Source: Myxococcota bacterium (GTDB lineage Bacteria; Myxococcota_A; UBA9160; UBA6930). Taken from it: 64,000 nt of DNA. Each line of letters begins with the position of its first letter. Within the stretch, counting starts at the first letter, position 1. The notes below the pieces were generated by a model, which saw only the letters and a list, made by a program, of their open reading frames with translations, did no database searches and was not told where the DNA came from. Position numbers and translations under genes: made by a program. This document shows positions 57,346 to 64,000 of the stretch, piece after piece. The stretch is from the NCBI GenBank assembly GCA_965223415.1, contig OZ245002.1, positions 4,864,001-4,928,000 on the forward strand, given 5' to 3'.

Positions 57346-58521
57346 ATGCGCTTCGTTGGGATCGACATCGCCTCGGAAACGCACGTCGTCGCGATGGTGG
57401 GAGAAGACGGGGGCGTGCTGCTGAAGCCGGTCTCGTTCCGGGAGGAGGCGGCTGGCTACGCACTGCTGTGGGAGAAGCTGGGAGGCCCCGAGGACACGCT
57501 CGTAACGCTCGAGGCAACGGGGCACTACTGGAAGAACCTGTTCGCGGCGCTTGCGGCGAGGGGTTTTGCCGTGGCGTTGATCAACCCGCTGCGCAGTCGC
57601 CGGTTCGCACAAGAAGACTTGGAGCGGACGAAGACCGACGCAATCGATGCGCTCGGCCTGGCTCGCTTCGGAGCACAGAAGCGTCCGAGGGTGACTCGCC
57701 TTCCGGACGCGGCGACAGAAGAGCTTCGTGAGCTCGTCCGGCTCCGCGATCGTCTGGTTCAGGACTTCGGGGACTGCACCCGGCGGCTCCACCGCATGGT
57801 CGATCTGGGCTTCCCAGAGCTCAAACGGTACGTGAAGCACCTCGATAGCCAGCTGTCGACGGGGCTGCTGCGGGAGTACCCCACGGCAAGAGCCTTCCAG
57901 GAAGCCTCTGTGGGGCGCGTGGCAAAGCTTCGCTACGACGGTCGTCATCGTGTAGGCGATGCGCTCGCGAAGCAGCTCGTCGAGGCTGCGCAGAACTCGG
58001 TGGGCGCCCATCATGGCCCGGCCTACCAGGTGCAGGTGCGTTACCTGTGCGAAGACATGGACGTCTTGCGCAAGAGACTCGGCGACATCGACCGCGACAT
58101 CGCGGATCAGCTATCCGCGCACGAGGTCGGAAGCTTGCTGACGACGATCGATGGGATCGGGCCGACGACGGCAGCACGGCTCATCGCGGAGCTCGGTGAC
58201 CCGGCCGACTTCGCCACGGCCGCAGCCCTCGCCGCCTACGTGGGCGTCGTTCCAGGCCTAAAGCAGTCGGGCAAGCGCCAAGGCAAACGCGGGAACCTCT
58301 CGCCAATCGGTCACGCGCGGCTACGTCGCGCACTGTGGATGCCGACGTTGGTCGCCGTTCGGAAGAACCCCTGGGTGCGGGCCCACTACGAGCGGCTGCG
58401 CGACAACGGCAAGCCCGCAAAGGTCGCGCTGATCGCCTCGACGAGGAAGCTGCTCATCGCGGTTCACGTCGTGGCGAGGACCCGCAAGCCCTTCGTTCCA
58501 CAGCTAGAGACCAACCCATGA
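57346..58521 (+). CDS. IS110 DEDD recombinase (391 aa)
   Basis: Protein identical to 47795-48970. Confidence 0.96.
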   Translation: MRFVGIDIASETHVVAMVGEDGGVLLKPVSFREEAAGYALLWEKLGGPEDTLVTLEATGHYWKNLFAALAARGFAVALINPLRSRRFAQEDLERTKTDAIDALGLARFGAQKRPRVTRLPDAATEELRELVRLRDRLVQDFGDCTRRLHRMVDLGFPELKRYVKHLDSQLSTGLLREYPTARAFQEASVGRVAKLRYDGRHRVGDALAKQLVEAAQNSVGAHHGPAYQVQVRYLCEDMDVLRKRLGDIDRDIADQLSAHEVGSLLTTIDGIGPTTAARLIAELGDPADFATAAALAAYVGVVPGLKQSGKRQGKRGNLSPIGHARLRRALWMPTLVAVRKNPWVRAHYERLRDNGKPAKVALIASTRKLLIAVHVVARTRKPFVPQLETNP

Positions 58522-58887
58522 ACCGAGAAAACCGGGCCCAGCCCCTTGCTGAAGATCACGGTATCTCAGGTTCGAAGCCTGGTGCACAAGCCGGTTCAGA
58601 GAGGCTCGCGGATGCAGGCGTCAGGGGTCCGAGATCAGGCGCTCGCCGCGACAACCGAGCGCGACCAAAGAGCGGAACAAACCGCTGCCAGAGCGCGAAG
58701 CGAAAAGCTGAATGAAATCAGCTAGACGGCGGGGCGGACGGGCTCGAACGCGCGGAGCCCGGCGATAAGGGCCCGGAATCGTGAGGGTTTTCCTCGCCGG
58801 TGCTCAAGCTGTGCTCAAGGAAGCCTCGGAGGCCAGGCCGGCGGGATCGTGTTGTTGGAGTACGGTCCTGACGATATGGTTACCCGT

Positions 58888-59133
58888 ATGAAGACGACAG
58901 TCGAGATTCCGGATCCGCTGGCCGACGAAGCCAAGGCCGTCGCGCAGCGCGACAAGACCACGCTTCGCGAGCTCATCGAGACGGGACTTCGACTGGTGCT
59001 TCGAGAGCGACGGCGCAAGACCCGCTTTCGCCTTTGCGACGCCAGCTTCCGAGGACGCGGGCTTCAGCCGGAGTACCAGGACGAAGACTGGCAGCGGATT
59101 CGAAACGCTGCCTACAAGGGCCGCGGCGGTTGA
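58888..59133 (+). CDS. VapB-like RHH antitoxin (DUF2191-like)
   Basis: MKTTVEIPD.L..EAK..A..TLRELIE.GLR. Confidence 0.85.
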   Translation: MKTTVEIPDPLADEAKAVAQRDKTTLRELIETGLRLVLRERRRKTRFRLCDASFRGRGLQPEYQDEDWQRIRNAAYKGRGG

Positions 59134-59564
59134 TCGCCGTCGACACGAATCTCCTCGTCTACGCCCACCGCGCAGAATCCGATTGGCACGGTCGAGCTGC
59201 GGCATGCGTTCGCGAGCTCGCAGACGCGAGAGCGCCGTGGGCCATCCCGTGGCCATGCATCCACGAGTTCCTCGCCATCGCGACCCATCCCAGGATCTGG
59301 GACCCGCCCTCGCCCACGGAGGCGGCGCTCGACCAGGTCGAAGCCTGGATCGAATCGCCCGGGCTGGTCTTGCTCGCGGAGGGCGCGGATCACTGGAGCG
59401 AGCTTCGCGGCCTGGTCGAGGCCAGTCGCATCGTGGGGCCGCGGGTCCACGACGCGCGCATCGCAGCTCTTTGCCGCGCGCATGGCGTACGCGAACTATG
59501 GACAGCGGACCGCGACTTCAGCCGGTTCTCGAGCCTCGTCACGGTGAACCCGCTGACTCGCTAG
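59130..59564 (+). CDS. vapC: VapC PIN-domain toxin
   Basis: IAVDTNLLVYA, EF, HDARIAA, TADRDF. Confidence 0.92.
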   Translation: MIAVDTNLLVYAHRAESDWHGRAAACVRELADARAPWAIPWPCIHEFLAIATHPRIWDPPSPTEAALDQVEAWIESPGLVLLAEGADHWSELRGLVEASRIVGPRVHDARIAALCRAHGVRELWTADRDFSRFSSLVTVNPLTR

Positions 59565-59591
59565 CCGGGGCATCGCACGCTGCAACAGGCG

Positions 59592-59795
59592 ATCCCCAAC
59601 CCTCGGGGTTGGAGCCCAACCAGGCGCTCGTGGCGACAACCGAGCACGACCAAAGCGCGGAACCAAGCGCCGCCAGAACGCGAATTCCTCAGCGAATCCG
59701 GCGGCTCGTGGCGGGTCGGACGGGACTCGAACCTACAACCCCCGGCCGTAACCCCTCGGAAACGCAAGGGTTCGTAGGACTGCAGCTTGTATCCC
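59592..59795. repeat. tRNA-derived spacer repeat E (shortened left part)
   Basis: CCCCAACCCTCGGGGTTGGAGCC; middle close to repeat A; core 59709-59751; TTGTATCCC. Confidence 0.88.
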
Positions 59796-59840
59796 GCCAT
59801 CGCCCCGCCCTCCCTGGGCCTTGCGCCCGGGCTTGGGCCA

Positions 59841-59885
59841 ATAACCCAAGAATAAGGTTATAAAACCTATTATTTGGGTTATACT
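59841..59885 (+). promoter_or_regulatory. AT-rich 42-bp inverted repeat (operator) overlapping a -10 box
   Basis: ATAACCCAA..AGGTT / AACCT..TTGGGTTAT at 59841-59882; TATACT at 59880. Confidence 0.75.
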
Positions 59886-59914
59886 TCACGCCGGAATCGA
59901 CGGGTGGACCCAGC

Positions 59915-60247
59915 ATGCTCGAAGGCATCTTCGGAAACGCCAGCGCGGAAAAGGTCCTCCTCTATCTGGAGCAGTACGAGGAAGGGTACGCGACGGCGAT
60001 GGCTCGAACTTTCGACGACCTCTCGCTGAACATGGCCCAGCGGCAGCTCGAGCGGTTCGAGCGGGCCGGTGCGCTTGTGAGCTCACTCCGAGGCCGAACC
60101 CGCCTCTACACATGGAATCCTCGCTACCCGTTTCGCCGGGAGCTGCGGGCCCTGCTTCGCAAGGCCCTCGACCAACTGCCCGCCTCCGAGCGGAAGCGCT
60201 ACTTCACCGAGCGCAGACGGCCGCGCCGTGCGGGCAAGCCACTGTGA
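59915..60247 (+). CDS. Winged-helix protein (putative antitoxin/regulator)
   Basis: LEGIFGN..EKVLLYL..Y...A..Q.QL.RFE..G.L.S..G.TRLY..NP.YPF. Confidence 0.75.
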   Translation: MLEGIFGNASAEKVLLYLEQYEEGYATAMARTFDDLSLNMAQRQLERFERAGALVSSLRGRTRLYTWNPRYPFRRELRALLRKALDQLPASERKRYFTERRRPRRAGKPL

Positions 60248-60795
60248 ACGCGCAGCATCGGATCGACGAGGACACCTCCCTCGAGGAGGTCGCCGCTCTC
60301 GTCTGCACGACCCTCGAGGCGCACGGCATCTCGGTCGTGCTCTCCGGCGGCGCCGTCGTCTCGATCTACTCCGACGCCGAATACGTCTCCTACGACCTGG
60401 ACTTCATCCCGATCGGACTCGCTCGGAAAGTCGATGGCGCCATGGAGTCACTCGGCTTCGAGAAGCGGCAGCGCCACTGGACGCATCACCGAAGCCGGTA
60501 CTGGGTCGAGTTCCCTCCCGGCCCCGTCGCCATCGGGGAAGAGACGATTCGCAGCTTTGCGGAACGCGAGACCCGGGCAGGGACCCTGCGCCTCCTCGCT
60601 CCGACCGAGTGCGTGATGGATCGGCTGGCCTGGTATTTCCATGACGCGGACACGCAGTGCCTCGAGCAGGCGGTTCGTGTTGCGACGCTCCAGCCGGTGG
60701 ACCTGAAGCGCATCGAACGGTGGGCGCGCGGCGAAGGGCCTCGTGGCGAGGAGCGATTTCGGGAGTTCGAGCGGAGGCTGCACGAGAAGAAATGA
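60244..60795 (+). CDS. Nucleotidyltransferase-fold protein (putative toxin)
   Basis: VLSGGA..IYS..Y.S.DLDF, EFP, DRLA; GTG overlaps the upstream stop. Confidence 0.78.
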   Translation: MNAQHRIDEDTSLEEVAALVCTTLEAHGISVVLSGGAVVSIYSDAEYVSYDLDFIPIGLARKVDGAMESLGFEKRQRHWTHHRSRYWVEFPPGPVAIGEETIRSFAERETRAGTLRLLAPTECVMDRLAWYFHDADTQCLEQAVRVATLQPVDLKRIERWARGEGPRGEERFREFERRLHEKK

Positions 60796-60816
60796 CGCGG
60801 ACTTGCGCGTCGTCGC

Positions 60817-61028
60817 GGTGCAGGGGGGTGCAATAGGGTGCAGGGAGGTGTCGTTTCGACGGCACCGAACCGCGGGACGGCACCATACAGAGCGCGAACG
60901 GGTAGGTTCCGGACCTGCCCGAGCGGGATTCGAACCCCCGACCCCCAGGTTCGAAGCCTGAACGGACCCGTAGGAAATCCAAATGGTTGCGCGATTCCGA
61001 GCGGGAATGAACGGGAATACGCGGGAAT
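60817..61028. repeat. tRNA-derived repeat F: tRNA-Arg(UCG) 3' fragment flanked by phased direct repeats
   Basis: Fragment at 60916-60960 (minus strand CAGGCTTCGAACCTGGGGGTCGGGGGTTCGAATCCCGC); GGTGCA at 60817/60827/60837; CGGGAAT at 61002/61012/61022. Confidence 0.85.
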
Positions 61029-61209
61029 ACGGGCACAAAATGGTCACGCGAGAGAGAGCGTTCCGGGACCTTACTCGATGACCCTTTTGCGCGGCGACTC
61101 GGCGTGAGTCACGCCTCGGAGCGAGAGTCCTGGCCGATGATTCACGGGTGCCGCACGGCGAAGAAGGCGAGGCCCGGCCGAGCAGTAAGTAAGGCGTTGG
61201 TACGGTCCC

Positions 61210-61674
61210 CTATCCGTCCCGGGACTTCGAACGCACTTGCTCGAAGGCCTTCTTGATATGTGGCGAACTGTCCGCGCGAACCTGCGGAACGCCTTCCTGC
61301 AGTTGTATCCAGCCCGGGAGATGGTCCTCGACCCCGAAATAGAACGAAGGGGACTCGATCTCGAGCGGCTCATCCAGCGTGCCGATAAAGATGCTCTCGA
61401 GGTTGCTCATGTCCCCGGTCGCATAGCTGTGCCCGATGTGCGTCCCACACTCCGGACAGAAGTGCCTCTCGAGAATTGGTGAGGTCATGAACCGGGCCGG
61501 TTCCCCCTTCGTGAACCGGAAGCTGTCGAGATCGAAGAAGGCGCCCGTTCCTGCAGCCATCCCCGTCCAACGCTGGCACATCCGGCAATGGCACATGCCG
61601 GTCGTGACGGGCGATTCCGTCGATTCATATCGGATCGCCCCACAGTAACAGCCCCCGGAGAATGTTCTGGGCAT
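61210..61674 (-). CDS. GFA (CENP-V) family protein
   Basis: GGCYCG..CHCRMCQR..FCPECGT. Confidence 0.9.
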   Translation of the reverse strand: MPRTFSGGCYCGAIRYESTESPVTTGMCHCRMCQRWTGMAAGTGAFFDLDSFRFTKGEPARFMTSPILERHFCPECGTHIGHSYATGDMSNLESIFIGTLDEPLEIESPSFYFGVEDHLPGWIQLQEGVPQVRADSSPHIKKAFEQVRSKSRDG

Positions 61675-61862
61675 GGCTCTCCCCGATGCGACGTCTATTC
61701 GTAAGTCCTCGTCCATTGTCGCCTCTGCACCGGCAGCCTGTCCACCGGGGTTGCTTCTCACGCACTGATGGTTCGGACGAGGCCTTCCTCGGCGTGCGGA
61801 GATGAGTCACCGCGGGCGGGTGCCGAATCCCTTCGGACCTCGGTGACGGGTTGGTCATCGCT

Positions 61863-62522
61863 TCAGGAGCTTGGTCCCTCCTCGTAGTCGAGCGCATCGC
61901 GCGCCCGCTCGGCGATCGCTTCGTACACCGAGCGCGCCCAGGCCTCCTTCTCGTCATCGAGCTCGATGGTCTCCCAGTCTGAGACCGCCGCCTGGGCCCA
62001 CTCCCCCCACTCGCCGAGCGCGGTCGCCAAACGCGCGACCAGCTCGGCCACGAGCGCCGCCGTGTGGATCCGCTCGGGCACCGCGAAACCGTCTTCCAGC
62101 AGCGCCTCGGTCCCCGCGACGGCCTGGTGCAGCCACTCGGACCGACGTTGCCGCCCGCGCGCGAGCGTCTCGCGAAGCTGTTCGATGTCGCTGGCGGTCG
62201 CGTAGGCAATCTTGAGCGCGAACTCGAGTTCGAACGAGGCGGGGGGCGCCGGAACCGAGAGCCAGTGCGCGAGAGCGCGACGGCCGGCCGGCGTGATGCG
62301 ATACACGGTGCGCTCGCGTGCTCCCGAGCGCTCCTTGCGGCTCTTCGCGTAGCCCGCTGCCTCGAGGTCCTTGGGCGCCTGATAGATCTTGCTCTCGGCT
62401 CGCGGCCAGACGAAGCGGAGATTGCTGCTGGTCTTCATGTGGCGCGCGAGCTCGTAGGCGGACCAGGGGCGCGCGGCGAGCAGGCCGAGGATCGCGTAGG
62501 CGTTCGGACTCAGGTCGGGCAT
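61863..62522 (-). CDS. PadR-family transcriptional regulator
   Basis: AILGLL..SAYEL..W...S.IY..LE..G..R.VY.IT..GR..L..WL. Confidence 0.9.
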   Translation of the reverse strand: MPDLSPNAYAILGLLAARPWSAYELARHMKTSSNLRFVWPRAESKIYQAPKDLEAAGYAKSRKERSGARERTVYRITPAGRRALAHWLSVPAPPASFELEFALKIAYATASDIEQLRETLARGRQRRSEWLHQAVAGTEALLEDGFAVPERIHTAALVAELVARLATALGEWGEWAQAAVSDWETIELDDEKEAWARSVYEAIAERARDALDYEEGPSS

Positions 62523-62532
62523 CGCAGAAATA

Positions 62533-62566
62533 TACTCCCTTAGGGAGTAATCTGTGTATACTCCCA
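62533..62566. promoter_or_regulatory. Palindromic operator between padR and the CoA ligase gene
   Basis: TACTCCCT-T-AGGGAGTA at 62533-62549, plus a second TATACTCCC half-site at 62557. Confidence 0.7.
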
Positions 62567-62606
62567 ATGGAAGCAGATCTTCCAGCCCTCCGAGGAGGCG
62601 ACTGCG

Positions 62607-64000
62607 ATGACGAGCCCCGAGTCGATGATCCCGCCCGCCGTGGGCGATTATGAGGTCGACCGCCAGCGCCATTGCGCAGCGATGGGCGCGGGTCTTGGCG
62701 AGGAGGTCGCCCGGCTCGGTGCCGGCCCGGTCGAGATCGCCCGGATCCGGGACGAGCGCCTGCGCGGCCTGCTGGCCCACGCCCGCACTCACTCGCCGTG
62801 GCATCGCGAGCGCCTCGCCGGGCTCGAGGTCGACCGTATCTCTGCGGCCGACGTGAGCGCGCTGCCCTCCATGACGAAGGCCGACCTCATGGAGTACTGG
62901 GACGAGATCGTCTGCGACCCGCAGCTCGACCTGAAGCAGGTCGAGGCCCACATCGAACGCATCGCACACGACGGTCCGTCTTACCTGCACGACCGGTACC
63001 ACGCGCTCGCGACGGGCGGGTCGACGGGCAGGCGGGCCGTCGTCGTCTGGGACTTCGACGGCTTCAGGATCACCGGAACACGCTCGCCGGCGTGGAGCCT
63101 GTCGTGTAGCGTGCACCTGGGTCTGCCGACATCGTTGCCGATCGTCGCCTGCATCGTCGCGTCCAAGGGCGCGACACACCTCGGCGGCGCGGTGAACGCC
63201 TGCTTCTCCAACCCCGAGAGGGCAACCTACGTCTCGGTCGCCGCGTCCCAGCCGATGGAAGAGATCGTCCGGATCCTCGAGGAGGCGCAGCCGGTCGTCC
63301 TCAGCGGCTACGCGTCGACGCTGCAGCAGCTCGCGGAGCTGAAGCTCGCCGGTCGCCTCGATATCGCGCCGGCCCAGGTTGTCCAGGGAGGCGAGCCCTT
63401 CCTTCCCGAGGCGCGCGCCGCGGTCGACGCCGGCTTCGGATGTCCCGTACGCGACCAATGGGGAGCGTCGGAGATCGGCTGGGGCGGCTCGTCGTTCCCC
63501 GGGACGGAAGGCATCGTGCTCTGCGAGGATCTCGTGACCGTCGAGCCTGTCGATGGCGACGGGCGCCCTGTCGGCCTCGGTGAGCCGGCCGCGAAGCTGT
63601 TCGTCACCAACCTCGTCAACCGCGTGCTGCCGGTCATCCGCTACGAGATCAGCGACGAAGCGACGATGGTCGCCCCCGATCCCGACTGCCCCTGGACGGG
63701 GCATCGCCTCCTCGCGATTGAGGGCCGACGGGACGACGTGTTCACGTACGGCGATCGCACGGTCCATCCCCACGCGTTTCGCAGCGTGCTCACGACCCAC
63801 GGAGCCATCGCCGAGTACCAGGTGCGACAGACCGAGCACGGAGCCGATGTCGACGTCGTCGGAGCCGCACCCGGCGCGTGTGATGCGCTCGAAGGGTCGA
63901 TCGCGGGCGCGCTCGCCCGCGCGGGCCTCGACTCGCCCCTCGTCCGCGTCACGCCGGTCGAGTCGATCCCACGCCAGCCGAATAGCCACAAGCTGAGGCG
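62607..64000 (+). CDS. Phenylacetate-CoA ligase (PaaK-like) family protein (3' end outside window)
   Basis: GAGGAGG RBS; LP.MTKADL, TGGSTG, GGEP, WGASE, TNL..PVIRY, EGRRDD. Confidence 0.85.
   Translation, partial: MTSPESMIPPAVGDYEVDRQRHCAAMGAGLGEEVARLGAGPVEIARIRDERLRGLLAHARTHSPWHRERLAGLEVDRISAADVSALPSMTKADLMEYWDEIVCDPQLDLKQVEAHIERIAHDGPSYLHDRYHALATGGSTGRRAVVVWDFDGFRITGTRSPAWSLSCSVHLGLPTSLPIVACIVASKGATHLGGAVNACFSNPERATYVSVAASQPMEEIVRILEEAQPVVLSGYASTLQQLAELKLAGRLDIAPAQVVQGGEPFLPEARAAVDAGFGCPVRDQWGASEIGWGGSSFPGTEGIVLCEDLVTVEPVDGDGRPVGLGEPAAKLFVTNLVNRVLPVIRYEISDEATMVAPDPDCPWTGHRLLAIEGRRDDVFTYGDRTVHPHAFRSVLTTHGAIAEYQVRQTEHGADVDVVGAAPGACDALEGSIAGALARAGLDSPLVRVTPVESIPRQPNSHKLR

Larger units (their letters stand above)
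57105..58566 (+). mobile_element. IS110-family element (IS621-like), copy 2
   Basis: Appears identical to 47554-49015 (internal ORFs translate identically); CT core at both ends. Confidence 0.95.
57086..58749. repeat. tRNA-derived spacer repeat D (interrupted by IS110 copy 2)
   Basis: GGACTCGAACCCCCAACC, IS, then CAGGTTCGAAGCCTGG; conserved middle; core truncated at the T-loop (58727-58749). Confidence 0.88.

Noticed and set aside
47554..58566. The two IS110 copies as a composite transposon carrying the intervening DNA
   Set aside because: Each copy sits in its own reconstructable target with its own CT cores, so independent insertions are simpler. Joint excision is not excluded.
44082..60960. 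tRNA-like segments as functional tRNA genes
   Set aside because: All lack the 5' acceptor strand and most or all of the D-arm, and several have mispaired stems.
47531..61028. Repeats as a CRISPR array or classical integron attC sites
   Set aside because: Units are 200-300 bp and separated by whole genes; there are no cas genes, no IntI and no evident attC R-box hairpin; the cores are tRNA-like.
62523..63989. 708-aa minus-strand ORF as one protein
   Set aside because: Only the C-terminal PadR part is supported; the rest is antisense to the CoA ligase gene.

Overview
This is a very GC-rich bacterial window; a Myxococcota-like origin is inferred from gene content only. The left ~43 kb is mostly ordinary chromosome. 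It carries cell-envelope glycosylation genes, a tandem ExeA-like ATPase, arsM, a squalene-hopene-cyclase-like gene with a non-canonical DCDT motif, a STAND adenylate cyclase, and a secreted protease with a Cys-containing C-terminal sorting signal. From ~43.1 kb the window is an accessory island. It starts with IS3/IS481 debris, a 3' half of tRNA-Arg(CCU) (att-like), and a tyrosine integrase cut off by an IS21. There follows an array of co-oriented gene cassettes: an MFS/RimK/AstE cassette, AbrB-Doc, VapBC, and two HTH-nucleotidyltransferase pairs plus one pseudogene copy. The cassettes are separated by six related ~200-300 bp repeats built from minus-strand tRNA fragments (Arg(UCG)-like and a Val/Asp-like chimera) and 10-bp-phased arm-like motifs. 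Two apparently identical IS110 (IS621-like) elements sit in two of these repeats. Their bridge-RNA guides can be read directly from the sequence and spell the repeat target CCCGACC-CT-CAGGT. The four empty repeats each carry mismatches to that guide. The leading candidate for an undescribed system is this tRNA-derived, integron-like toxin-antitoxin cassette array together with its RNA-guided IS110 parasite.
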